From a virus (taxonomy: Duplodnaviria; Caudoviricetes), in the IMG/VR virus record IMGVR_UViG_3300005365_000003, positions 10,730 to 74,729 of that record: a stretch of 64,000 nucleotides of DNA, one strand, 5' to 3'. Made by a program: the position numbers and the translations under genes. Positions 16,685-25,787 of this stretch are shown here, piece after piece; positions within the stretch are counted from its first letter, which is position 1, and every line of letters begins with the position of its first letter. The notes under the pieces were generated by a model. It searched no databases, was not told the DNA's origin, and was given only the letters and a program-made list of their open reading frames with translations.

Positions 16685-17379
16685 TTGGGTTGTTGTTTGT
16701 TGTGAATTAATCCTCCCCATTGCTGGGCCATTGCTTTTGCGATACCAGGGAAGGTTTTACTTGAGTCATTTTGAGAAATATTTTTGAAGTGAAATGATTG
16801 TCCTCTTTTTTTACCGCCCGTGTTCGATGGCAGATATGGTTTATGATCCTGAATGAATTGAGTAGGTTTTAAACATGGTAAACCGATTAACCACAACAAG
16901 GTTTCTTTGCTAAATGGTTCTCCAAACATGAAAGGCTGTATACTTTGGGTGTGCGGAGGTAAGAAAGCAACTTTCAAAGGGACTGGATTTTCAATAGCTA
17001 TTTTACTTATTCGATGCTCTATTGCGCATTCTAAAATATTAATAAAAAATTCCCTAGCTAATTTACACTTTCTAAATCTCTCTATGTTTATGCTTGTTTC
17101 ACTCATCCCACTTGGTGTTGTGTGCATCCATCGAGCTCCAGCTTTGCTCATGTACGTACATGGAGGATGCGCTATAAGCACATCCCAATCCTTTAATTTT
17201 ATAGCCTCAAAAATATCCATCTGCAAATGCCACTCAGGATGTCCACCCGAACACTCTTGCAGATCGCAACTATAAGCTTCGTGTCCTAATTCCCTGAATG
17301 CTTTGCATACTGCCTGTGATTCTTCGCATCCCACAAGTACTTTCAATTTATTCCCGTTTATTATTTCTTGTGGTGTCAT
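16681..17379 (-). CDS. phage C5-cytosine DNA methyltransferase-like protein
   Basis: VLVGCEESQAV, YSCDL, IAHPPCTY (PC), IAIENPV (ENV-like), SKTFPGIAKAMAQQW. Confidence 0.8.
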   Translation of the reverse strand: MTPQEIINGNKLKVLVGCEESQAVCKAFRELGHEAYSCDLQECSGGHPEWHLQMDIFEAIKLKDWDVLIAHPPCTYMSKAGARWMHTTPSGMSETSINIERFRKCKLAREFFINILECAIEHRISKIAIENPVPLKVAFLPPHTQSIQPFMFGEPFSKETLLWLIGLPCLKPTQFIQDHKPYLPSNTGGKKRGQSFHFKNISQNDSSKTFPGIAKAMAQQWGGLIHNKQQPK

Positions 17380-17388
17380 GGGTTTGCC

Positions 17389-17652
17389 TTAAAATGATGT
17401 ATTATGCCTTAAGCCAACGTTTGGATTAATTTTTCTTTGAAGTTCTCTGGATAAAAATCTTCGCTCAATCATTGCGTATGTTGAAGGGCTTACACATATT
17501 AATTTATTTTCATCATACGCCTTTTGCAATAACTCATCGTCTGTAAGATATACAAGTTTCTTTTCTTCCCACTCAGGAACTTGAATTTTACCTATTGGAG
17601 TTTCAGCATATAAATGCTTACTAATTAAATGAGGGTTAGTTTTAATTTTCAT
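17389..17652 (-). CDS. hypothetical protein
   Basis: 87-aa ORF in cluster. Confidence 0.55.
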   Translation of the reverse strand: MKIKTNPHLISKHLYAETPIGKIQVPEWEEKKLVYLTDDELLQKAYDENKLICVSPSTYAMIERRFLSRELQRKINPNVGLRHNTSF

Positions 17653-17653
17653 C

Positions 17654-18043
17654 TTACTTATTTTTTAATTGTTGCTCCCCCAACCACTTCACCGCAGCCT
17701 TTATGCCTTCGGTGGAGGCGGTGATGGGGGAATCGTATTCTTCAGTTGTGCTTCTATTTTTATTTGGGAATATAGTCACTCCAATAAATCCATGATTGTA
17801 ATCTCTGCTTTCAATCTTTATCTTATGCTTTTCCCATAACCATTCCTTAACCTGTTGCCATAATGGAGCAGCGCAATATCCTGCATGAATATTGTAATAA
17901 CCATTTCCAGAATTAGTCCAATTACTTAATCCCATTAAAGATTCTTCTCCATCTGTGTTTCTATATGCTGAAAAACAGATTTCATCAAACCCCAGTTCTT
18001 TAAGTATTTTGCTTGTTTTATAGTCGGCGAATAGGTTTTTCAT
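17654..18043 (-). CDS. conserved Bacteroidota-phage hypothetical protein
   Basis: SKILKELGFDE...APLWQQVKEWLWEKHKI motif. Confidence 0.7.
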   Translation of the reverse strand: MKNLFADYKTSKILKELGFDEICFSAYRNTDGEESLMGLSNWTNSGNGYYNIHAGYCAAPLWQQVKEWLWEKHKIKIESRDYNHGFIGVTIFPNKNRSTTEEYDSPITASTEGIKAAVKWLGEQQLKNK

Positions 18044-18426
18044 GGGGTTATTGTTTTGGGCGGTTCAGGCAAAGGCATCCAGTGTGTAACGTCTTCACAT
18101 GGACAATTCCAATTATCTGAATCAAAAGTTTTTTTATCGTAAAATATTCCATCTTCCGCCCATTCCGCTATTGCTTCTTCAGACATCAAGCGACCTATAT
18201 CAGTAACTTTGTGTTTTGTAAATATAAGCACACATACGTCTTCTTCTGGCAGATTATCTTCCACCGAAATCCACCTTGATTTTTCAACTTCCATCATCAG
18301 CTCCTTAACTTCTTGTTCAGCGTATTCTTTCATGACTTCCACCAAGCTATCTTTAGCTACGAAAGGGATATTTGGTATTTTTTTACTTAGAAGCATCTCT
18401 TCCGGTGTCTTCTTCATTTTAATCAT
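18040..18426 (-). CDS. DUF551 domain protein
   Basis: RWISVEDNLP...VTHWMPLPEPP. Confidence 0.85.
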   Translation of the reverse strand: MIKMKKTPEEMLLSKKIPNIPFVAKDSLVEVMKEYAEQEVKELMMEVEKSRWISVEDNLPEEDVCVLIFTKHKVTDIGRLMSEEAIAEWAEDGIFYDKKTFDSDNWNCPCEDVTHWMPLPEPPKTITP

Positions 18427-18881
18427 TCTTTTATTAAATATGCCTCAGGAACTATATTTATCCCATCATGCTTTTCTTGAAACAATGCGTATTTTATTCT
18501 CCACGCCCAATGATTTCCTGCTTTATTATGAAAATAATACCTATAACAGAAGTCTCCGCAAGCTGCATTATTTTTTTCATTAACCCATATTTTTTCTGTT
18601 GCTATCCATCCACCTTGTTTTTCTGATATAAATAATTTACAAATTACTGCGTCTCCTGTATTAATCTGACTAGAAAACTGCGATCTTATGCTATCCCATG
18701 TTTCTCTGTTGGTTTCAGATTTATCTTCTTCATCCTTACGATTAGAGGCGCTACCATGCCCATCATTTTCACGCCCAAACACCTCCATCACATCATCCAC
18801 CGTCTTTTCCGGATTGTCGGATTGACAGCGGGCGATTATGGCTATGAGGCGGGAGCGGAGATTGACATTATTGTCATTCAT
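18423..18881 (-). CDS. hypothetical protein
   Basis: ATGA-coupled 152-aa ORF. Confidence 0.6.
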   Translation of the reverse strand: MNDNNVNLRSRLIAIIARCQSDNPEKTVDDVMEVFGRENDGHGSASNRKDEEDKSETNRETWDSIRSQFSSQINTGDAVICKLFISEKQGGWIATEKIWVNEKNNAACGDFCYRYYFHNKAGNHWAWRIKYALFQEKHDGINIVPEAYLIKE

Positions 18882-19141
18882 TTTTTCATATGTTTAGGCC
18901 GATCAGATAAAAGTATTGCCTGGGGATATTTAGTATTCATTGCCTTTTTATTGAACCTGTCTAATTCAAACATCTCAAACTTTATCGGACCGACACCAGA
19001 GATAATGTGTTTTTCTTTATCTTTCATTACCTTAATTTTCCTTATATGGTCTATATGTTTTATTCCCATAAAAGAATCAATGAAAATTTCTAATTCAGGA
19101 TCAAATTTTTGTAAATGATTTATTAGTTCTCTTGCATTCAT
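18878..19141 (-). CDS. hypothetical protein
   Basis: ELINHLQKFDPELEI motif common in phage small proteins. Confidence 0.65.
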   Translation of the reverse strand: MNARELINHLQKFDPELEIFIDSFMGIKHIDHIRKIKVMKDKEKHIISGVGPIKFEMFELDRFNKKAMNTKYPQAILLSDRPKHMKK

Positions 19142-19332
19142 GGCAATAAAATCTTACTCTCACACTCCGGACACCTATTAAAATCCCCCACCTCTTCCGC
19201 CCCTCCTATCCACCCGCACTTGTCACACTTGCAAGGGTTGCATCTGTAGATCATTATAGAGAAAAATACTATAGCGCAGATTATTCCTATAATCAGACCG
19301 GCAAATGCAATATATACTCCTGGCATAATCAC
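19138..19332 (-). CDS. membrane-anchored zinc-ribbon protein
   Basis: TM helix then CKCDKCGW...RCPECES. Confidence 0.6.
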   Translation of the reverse strand: MIMPGVYIAFAGLIIGIICAIVFFSIMIYRCNPCKCDKCGWIGGAEEVGDFNRCPECESKILLP

Positions 19333-19811
19333 TGATTAGCTGCTGTCTTAATAACTTTCCACTTGCCTGTTTTTATGTCTTTATTTGCCATCCATCCTTC
19401 TCCTGTAACTTCCACACCAGATTTGAAAGGGATATCTGGTTGAGTGTTTTTTTCTTCAAGCCACTGATCTATCTCTGACTTCATTTTTGAAGTGATGTAT
19501 GGAGAAGTGGACGCAAGCCATATATCTCCTTGTTGGGTGTACAGATTATTGCCGGTGCTGTCTGTAACTTCGAACCAATTGTTTAAAGATGAATATTGAG
19601 AGTGTGCTGGAACACAAGCGGACAGGAATATAGTAATTCCTATAAGGAGGATTAGTATTTTCATAATTGATTGGTGTATTAGTTTGTTTACTATAAACCT
19701 AATGGATACATTTATTTTTTGCTCTTTATAAGATTCTTTTACCTCTCTTATTTTCTTGGTGGATTCCTTGTCGAAAAGTACCGAAGCGTATATTGTTTCT
19801 TTCTTTGCCAT
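19329..19811 (-). CDS. hypothetical protein: basic N-terminal domain plus internal signal/TM segment
   Basis: TATATTTG at 19816-19823 supports start MAKKETIY at 19811; in-frame MKILILLIGITIFLSAC follows. Confidence 0.6.
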   Translation of the reverse strand: MAKKETIYASVLFDKESTKKIREVKESYKEQKINVSIRFIVNKLIHQSIMKILILLIGITIFLSACVPAHSQYSSLNNWFEVTDSTGNNLYTQQGDIWLASTSPYITSKMKSEIDQWLEEKNTQPDIPFKSGVEVTGEGWMANKDIKTGKWKVIKTAANQ

Positions 19812-19815
19812 AGAA

Positions 19816-19898
19816 CAAATATACAACTTTTTAGATACATACAACATTTGTATAAAAAATATATTTTTATTACACTAATCAAATAATTACTATCTTTG
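19816..19898. promoter_or_regulatory. divergent sigma-70 promoter pair at the accessory/structural boundary
   Basis: TATATTTG (-) 19816-19823 and TATCTTTG (+) 19891-19898, each 4 nt before an ATG. Confidence 0.65.
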
Positions 19899-19902
19899 TG
19901 GC

Positions 19903-20172
19903 ATGGAAAAGATGTATATCCCTAAAATTCGAAAAATAAGTATAGGAGAAAACCCCATAGCCGAGAGAGGCAAGGTGCTGACTATAGAATTAGGCCAAAG
20001 ATTTAATCTAGGAAAAAACAATGTCATTGTCTCGTCTATTGTAGTTGATGAAAACTCATTTTACTTCTTTGGGTGCGTTAGATATTGCATATATGTGACC
20101 AAAAATGACGAAAACGAGGTATTATGGAAAATGTTTGAACGAGTTCCTGTGTCAATTGAGTGTGAAATTTAA
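19903..20172 (+). CDS. hypothetical protein
   Basis: IRKISIG...GQ...V..I motif; first gene of + strand module. Confidence 0.7.
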   Translation: MEKMYIPKIRKISIGENPIAERGKVLTIELGQRFNLGKNNVIVSSIVVDENSFYFFGCVRYCIYVTKNDENEVLWKMFERVPVSIECEI

Positions 20173-20181
20173 TTAAATACA

Positions 20182-21054
20182 ATGATAAAACCATTAAAAA
20201 ACACCTACTTGGTATCCGCTGATCCGGATAAATATTCCAAGCGCGAATCAGGAATTAATGTGGACACCAGTTGGAATAAATACGACTGGGCTACGCAGGA
20301 TGGAATCATAGAATCTGTGCCAACCTTTGTTGAAGAAACTCCGCGTGACACATCGAAGAGATACAAAACAGACGTAGAAATATCTGTAGGTGATAAAGTC
20401 TATTTTCATCATTTTGTCGTTGCTGACGACATGAAAATAACTAGCGGTGATAAAGTTTATTACAAACTCCCTCGCTACCACATGTACTGCGTTGTTAAGA
20501 ACTTAAATATCATCATGCTTGATTATTGGGTTCTTGTCTCTCCTATAATGGAAAAAGAAGAGGACATAATCAAGGAGTTTGGGACATTAAAATTATGGAC
20601 AAAGACTGCGCCTGGAGAAATAAATCTTATGGGAAAGGTGGAGCATGTGTCAACCGCTGGTATAGAGCAAGGGATAAATAAGGGGGATACTATTCTTTTC
20701 AAAAAAGATTCTGAATACAAAATGACAATAGAAGGAAATGATTATTATAGAATGGAGCTGGCAAATGTTGTCGCTGTCATAAGGGACAATAAGCCATTTC
20801 CTCTCAGGGACGAGATAATTGTTCGTAATAACAGCACTAAAGAGCAGATCAGACCATCCGGGCTCATCATACCAACAAAACCAGCCAGGGAGCAGATTGA
20901 GAAAGTAGAGGCAGTGGGGATACAGGATGAAGAAGAACAGTTTTTAGTTGGAGATGAAGTAATGTTTCATCATCATACTGGTTCGAAGGTTGAATATGCA
21001 GGAAACAAGTATGTTGTACTCAGGCAGTTGGAGGTGATTGGAGCAATGAAATAA
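20182..21054 (+). CDS. groES: co-chaperonin GroES-like protein with three tandem domains
   Basis: PLKNTYLV...VGDKVYF; DYWVLVSP...KGDTILF; PLRDEIIV..SGLIIP...VGDEVMF..G.KVEY.G.KYVVLR..EVIG. Confidence 0.75.
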   Translation: MIKPLKNTYLVSADPDKYSKRESGINVDTSWNKYDWATQDGIIESVPTFVEETPRDTSKRYKTDVEISVGDKVYFHHFVVADDMKITSGDKVYYKLPRYHMYCVVKNLNIIMLDYWVLVSPIMEKEEDIIKEFGTLKLWTKTAPGEINLMGKVEHVSTAGIEQGINKGDTILFKKDSEYKMTIEGNDYYRMELANVVAVIRDNKPFPLRDEIIVRNNSTKEQIRPSGLIIPTKPAREQIEKVEAVGIQDEEEQFLVGDEVMFHHHTGSKVEYAGNKYVVLRQLEVIGAMK

Positions 21055-21271
21055 CATCCATATCTAGTGCGGTAGCTAATGCTATAATATTCTTTAATGT
21101 AATATTGTCAGCCGTACCTCTTTCAATATTATATAGTGCAGATACACTTATTCCGCTTCTTATTATAATATCTACCGAATCCCATTCCTTTTTTTCTTTT
21201 TCTTCTTTTAATTTTGTGGAGATTCGAGTCATCAGCTCCTTAAGCAATAACTCATTTTTTATTCTATCCAT
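21020..21271 (-). CDS. XRE-family helix-turn-helix protein
   Basis: IIIRSGISVSALYNIERG...ITLKNIIALATALD. Confidence 0.85.
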   Translation of the reverse strand: MDRIKNELLLKELMTRISTKLKEEKEKKEWDSVDIIIRSGISVSALYNIERGTADNITLKNIIALATALDMDVISLLQSPPTA

Positions 21272-21303
21272 TTAATTAAATTTTTTTATAATAATTTCGA
21301 TTA

Positions 21304-21324
21304 CAAATATATGATTTATATTTG
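21304..21324. promoter_or_regulatory. back-to-back -7 elements
   Basis: TATATTTG (-) 21304-21311 and TATATTTG (+) 21317-21324. Confidence 0.6.
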
Positions 21325-21344
21325 TATTATAAATTCAGTACACA

Positions 21345-22130
21345 ATGTCATCTATAAATACATCCTTCCCTGTAACACAAACATCCTCTGGTGTTGTATT
21401 CGATATATGCTCAGAAGACATTAACATGGTCCTTCCTGTAAGCGGATCATCAGGAAGCAATGTGTTCTACATGATAGACAGGTCTACTGCGGCCAATATT
21501 TTTGTAAACGAAACCCCTGCTGCGATAAAAACTGCCTCTGAAAATCTTATTCCACTTACCAATACCTCAAACTCTACTGTATTCTATATGAATCCGGATA
21601 AGATTGCGGAACTTATAGACAATGGTAGCGGCACAAAGATCATATTTACTCCTGGTAATCAAACTACAGAGGTTTATATTGTTGACGAATCTCGTATTGT
21701 TATTAGGGCACTTATTGCAGCAGTGGGACCAGTCCTTACTCCATTCTCATATCTTATCGGAGCTCCAGGAGTTACAGGAGTTGACTACAACTTCACTTCT
21801 GCCGCAAATACAACAGAACAGTCAATACAGCTTGGCGCAACAACTATTATAGGATCAAATGATGCTGTTGTATCAATCGTTATAGAGTGTATAACAGATA
21901 TGAATGCGGCAATAACAGGGGTTTTGGATGTTGGTCGTACTTCCGGATCGGACGAATACGTCTCTTCAACTCCTTCTCCAACAGTAGGATTCCCTATATC
22001 TGTTAGTCAGACAGTATATCCGTCCACTTCTGCCACTTCTGTATACTACAGCATGACCCCTAGTGCGAACTGGAGTACCATGTCGGCAGGAAAATGGAGA
22101 GTAACAGTAATCAGAGAAAACATACAATAA
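21345..22130 (+). CDS. virion decoration/head-fibre-like protein with duplicated N-terminal domain
   Basis: T/S/V-rich; N-terminal ~120 aa paralogous to next gene; beta-rich C-terminus. Confidence 0.6.
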   Translation: MSSINTSFPVTQTSSGVVFDICSEDINMVLPVSGSSGSNVFYMIDRSTAANIFVNETPAAIKTASENLIPLTNTSNSTVFYMNPDKIAELIDNGSGTKIIFTPGNQTTEVYIVDESRIVIRALIAAVGPVLTPFSYLIGAPGVTGVDYNFTSAANTTEQSIQLGATTIIGSNDAVVSIVIECITDMNAAITGVLDVGRTSGSDEYVSSTPSPTVGFPISVSQTVYPSTSATSVYYSMTPSANWSTMSAGKWRVTVIRENIQ

Positions 22131-22149
22131 CAAATAAAAATCATATCAA

Positions 22150-23073
22150 ATGTCAGCAACATCCCGTACCTTCAACGTAACAGACTCCTCAACAGGAGCA
22201 ACCCAGGATATATCCGCTATCAATATTGTTCTCGTAACAGCTGATGGATCAGGATCAAAGATCCTTTATGCGTCAACGGACTCTCCTACACCTATTCAGC
22301 TAAAGGTAACCGAAACACCGGCGGCTATCAACACAGCATCTCAATATCTGATTGCTCTGACTGATACTGCAACATCTGGCGTGTTTTACTTAAATATTGA
22401 CCGCATCAACCCGGACATTATAACTAATGGAACCGGATCCAATGTGTATTATAACATGGGATTTTCTGAGGCTCACATGTTTACGGTAAACGAATCCAGG
22501 ACTGCTATCAGGACAGCTATTGCATCTGTAGCATCTGGAGGTGGAGGCGGAGCTGGTTTAACTACCCCTGTTTCTACGGTGTCTATCGTAGAATACGGTG
22601 ATGGACGCGACTTTGTTACTGAGTTAACACTTACAAACTTTGTGGTAGGAGCTCTTGCTGGGGCAGCTGCTGCGCTTGGCGTAGGAAATATTGTTGCAAC
22701 ATATCCTGCCGGACAGCATTTTGAGTTGGTAAATTCATTTGCGGCATTGTCGTTAAAGTGCGCCGGTACAGCAGTAGCTACAGACACAGGTCTTGGATCG
22801 GTTATCGCGTCAGGAGCGGTATCTGTACTGAGCGGAACAGCGACTTTTGAAGATCGCTTAACTGGTCAAACCATCACAACTTCCCCAACAGGCGGAACAG
22901 CGGTGTCGAACGTGCTTTGCGCAACAGCGGGTATAGGCACAGGCATATCACTCAATGTGGCGGGTAGCGTGAAGAACGTCTTCTTGAACTCAGCCGGAAC
23001 TTTTAATGTAAACAACACCGGAAATCTCACTGCAACAGGGGTAATCATCCTTAAGTGGGTGAAGATGAGTTAA
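22150..23073 (+). CDS. virion decoration/head-fibre-like protein, paralog of 21345-22130
   Basis: Shared ETPAAI.TAS..LI.LT...VFY.N.D.I motif; poly-Gly linker; A/G/T-rich C-terminus. Confidence 0.6.
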   Translation: MSATSRTFNVTDSSTGATQDISAINIVLVTADGSGSKILYASTDSPTPIQLKVTETPAAINTASQYLIALTDTATSGVFYLNIDRINPDIITNGTGSNVYYNMGFSEAHMFTVNESRTAIRTAIASVASGGGGGAGLTTPVSTVSIVEYGDGRDFVTELTLTNFVVGALAGAAAALGVGNIVATYPAGQHFELVNSFAALSLKCAGTAVATDTGLGSVIASGAVSVLSGTATFEDRLTGQTITTSPTGGTAVSNVLCATAGIGTGISLNVAGSVKNVFLNSAGTFNVNNTGNLTATGVIILKWVKMS

Positions 23074-23104
23074 TAAAATATTGCTTGTCGTGATTTATGG
23101 TTGT

Positions 23105-23137
23105 AAAAAGCCGGGTAGTAAAATGTTCGGCTTTTTT
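23105..23137 (+). terminator. intrinsic terminator, probably bidirectional
   Basis: AAAAAGCCG...CGGCTTTTTT. Confidence 0.8.
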
Positions 23138-23140
23138 CTT

Positions 23141-23148
23141 TACCTTTG
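23141..23148 (+). promoter_or_regulatory. sigma-70 -7 element for packaging genes
   Basis: TACCTTTG. Confidence 0.6.
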
Positions 23149-23172
23149 TGTTAATTAAATTTAATTGACATT

Positions 23173-23568
23173 ATGAAGCGACCAACAACTCCTATCCGAG
23201 ACAAATCAATCCTGTCTTACATTGAATACCTTGAAGACAGGTTGTCTAAGTACGAAAAGTCTCCTTACGTTAAGTCTTATCTTACAGTTCTTGGTCAAAT
23301 AAATGACTGGAACGATCAGCTTACTATTAAAAAAGTGATTGTTGAAGGAATGGGAGAGCAAACTGTTGGTAAAATAAATTTATTTGCCGATTCTTCCAGT
23401 AAAGAGTTTGATAGAGTACATAAATACTTCACTGAAATGAAGCCTTATTTTGAACAGCTTGCTTACCTAAGAAAGCTAATGACTACAGAGGAGAAGGAAG
23501 AGGTGAATAATAATGAAAAGAAGCCGCTATCAGAGGAAAGTGCTGAGAATTATCTTGTCAAATCATAA
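23173..23568 (+). CDS. hypothetical protein, candidate terminase small subunit
   Basis: Position only: helical 131-aa ORF overlapping terL start by 1 nt. Confidence 0.45.
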   Translation: MKRPTTPIRDKSILSYIEYLEDRLSKYEKSPYVKSYLTVLGQINDWNDQLTIKKVIVEGMGEQTVGKINLFADSSSKEFDRVHKYFTEMKPYFEQLAYLRKLMTTEEKEEVNNNEKKPLSEESAENYLVKS

Positions 23569-25736
23569 TGCTTATACCTAAGTATAATAATTTCCAACAA
23601 GAGAGAAAAATTGGTGAGCATGTTGTTTTTTTACCAGACCCACCTGATATTAAAAAAATAGCCTACCGGGATTTACCACAAGATCAACAATTTTTCAGAA
23701 GAGTTTATTTACCTAATGATTGGAGTTCCCTTTCAAAAGAGGATAAGAATAAATTTGCTAATGAGCAGTGGGATATAAGGGGGCGGGAGGGAGAAAAGGG
23801 TGAAGGGTTTTGGTTTATGAATAACGGTAATTTAGAGTGGATGTCCCCAACGCATCACTTTTATTCTAATTGGTGGAGGATAGGAAAAGTAAAGATTCCT
23901 AAAGAATATGTGCTTGATCCAAGAGACATTTATTATCCATTCTTTACAGATGCAGATAGAGACTGGCACTACCTAGCAGATGATTGTTATTGGAATAAGA
24001 ATTGCGGAGGATTATTCACTATTGAGTTCAGGAGGGGGGGCAAAACGTACCGCTGCGCTTCTTATCAATACGAAAAAGTTTCTAAGACGCATGATGCTAA
24101 AGGCGGAACTCAGTCACGGGATGATGCTGATAGCTACAACGTATTTGAAAAAATAATTTACGGATGGAGAAATCTTCCTCCATTTTTCAAGCCGGTAGAT
24201 ACCGGGAATAACAACCCTCTTACTTCATTGATATTCGATGAACCTAAAAAGATAAGTACAAAAAATCTTCAAAAGACTTATTCTGACATTCTACACAGCT
24301 GGATAGATTACGGAAATGCCAGTGAAGGTTATTATGATGGTAAGGAGCAAATCATAAATATTCAGGATGAGATTGGAAAAATTAATAACAAGCGAGGAAT
24401 TGATCTTATAGAGAGAATACGGGTTGTTATCGAGTGCTGCTTTATTATGGGAGAGAAGGTGGGAATGGTTCTTGGAACAACAACTGTAGAAGAACAAGAA
24501 AAGGCTGGCGGAAAGCAGGCAAAGGATTTGTATACCAGGTGTACTACTATAGACGAAGAGGCTAGCAGCCTTCCAAATATATTCCCTACAGGAAAGGCAT
24601 TGGATGAATTTGGCTTCACTCAGTCTAAAATGAAGAGATACTTTAGGTCATCTAATTACGGTTACCTGGGTTCTGATATTAACGGAAAATGCTTGGTTGA
24701 CAGATATGGATATTCTAGGATTAAAGACGCTACAGAGCATTTTTTAAAGAGAAGGAAGAATAAAAAAGGAGCTGAATTGTCTTCAGAAAAAAGAAAGTTT
24801 CCACTTAAAATTGAAGATTGCTGGGTGAGTGATTCTAAAAAGTCGGTTTATGATACTACTAGAATTGAAGAGCAAATAGAATATAATCAGACTATTCCTA
24901 ATAGTATGATTGTTACAGGTAATTTTCAATGGAAGGATGGAATAAAAGATACTACTGTAGAATGGAATCCAAGTCCTGAAGGAATGTGGAAAATTTCATG
25001 GCTCCCTAAATTTGAAGACAGAAATAAATTTGATATAGTTTATGGTAAAAAGTCTCCAAAAAACACAGAAACAGGATGCTTTGGCTTGGACCCTTATGAT
25101 AATAAAATAACTGTAGATAATCGTAAGTCGGACGCTGCTTCGTACGGCTTTAGAAAATTTGATCCAATGTATCCAAATGAATCAGGAATATTTATTTCTG
25201 AATATGTTAATAGACCAAAACTTCCAGAGATCATGTGGGAGCAGATGATAATGCAGGCGGTTTTTTTTGGATGGGAGATTTTAATTGAGAATAATCGCAT
25301 AGGAACTATTAATTACTTTAGGATGCGTGGATTTGAGAAGTATTTAATGAAAAGGCCAGAAGAGACTAAAAATGAATCCGGTTATGGATCAAAGAAAGAA
25401 GAAGAATATGGGATCGCTCTTTCAGGGGAAGACGCCAGGATGGCGCTTATTTATGCAACAGAAAGCCACATTGCATCTAATGTAGGAATGATAGAAAAAG
25501 AAAATCAAACCCCTTATATGGGAAAATGTTATTTTGATAAACTGTTAAATCAATGGCTTGATTTCGATTTCGATAAAAAATGGACCGCCTTCGATTGCAT
25601 GGTGGGAGCTGGTCTTGCATTACTTGGGTCACGAAAACATATTCCAAAAAAAATTGATAACAAGCCAATACAATTATTTCAGCAATATAGAGCAAGCGGA
25701 ACTGGATATGTGGCTATAAAAAACAATACAAAATAA
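23568..25736 (+). CDS. terL: terminase large subunit
   Basis: FRRGGKT Walker A-like, IQDEIGK Walker B, FGLDPYD nuclease motif, ENNRIG, FDCMVG. Confidence 0.9.
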   Translation: MLIPKYNNFQQERKIGEHVVFLPDPPDIKKIAYRDLPQDQQFFRRVYLPNDWSSLSKEDKNKFANEQWDIRGREGEKGEGFWFMNNGNLEWMSPTHHFYSNWWRIGKVKIPKEYVLDPRDIYYPFFTDADRDWHYLADDCYWNKNCGGLFTIEFRRGGKTYRCASYQYEKVSKTHDAKGGTQSRDDADSYNVFEKIIYGWRNLPPFFKPVDTGNNNPLTSLIFDEPKKISTKNLQKTYSDILHSWIDYGNASEGYYDGKEQIINIQDEIGKINNKRGIDLIERIRVVIECCFIMGEKVGMVLGTTTVEEQEKAGGKQAKDLYTRCTTIDEEASSLPNIFPTGKALDEFGFTQSKMKRYFRSSNYGYLGSDINGKCLVDRYGYSRIKDATEHFLKRRKNKKGAELSSEKRKFPLKIEDCWVSDSKKSVYDTTRIEEQIEYNQTIPNSMIVTGNFQWKDGIKDTTVEWNPSPEGMWKISWLPKFEDRNKFDIVYGKKSPKNTETGCFGLDPYDNKITVDNRKSDAASYGFRKFDPMYPNESGIFISEYVNRPKLPEIMWEQMIMQAVFFGWEILIENNRIGTINYFRMRGFEKYLMKRPEETKNESGYGSKKEEEYGIALSGEDARMALIYATESHIASNVGMIEKENQTPYMGKCYFDKLLNQWLDFDFDKKWTAFDCMVGAGLALLGSRKHIPKKIDNKPIQLFQQYRASGTGYVAIKNNTK

Positions 25737-25768
25737 AAACCCCGGATATTTACTTCCAGGGCTTTTAT
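25735..25768 (+). terminator. imperfect hairpin between convergent genes
   Basis: AAAAACCCCGGA...TCCAGGGCTTTT. Confidence 0.5.
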
Positions 25769-25787
25769 TGAATGCTATGCTTTAATT

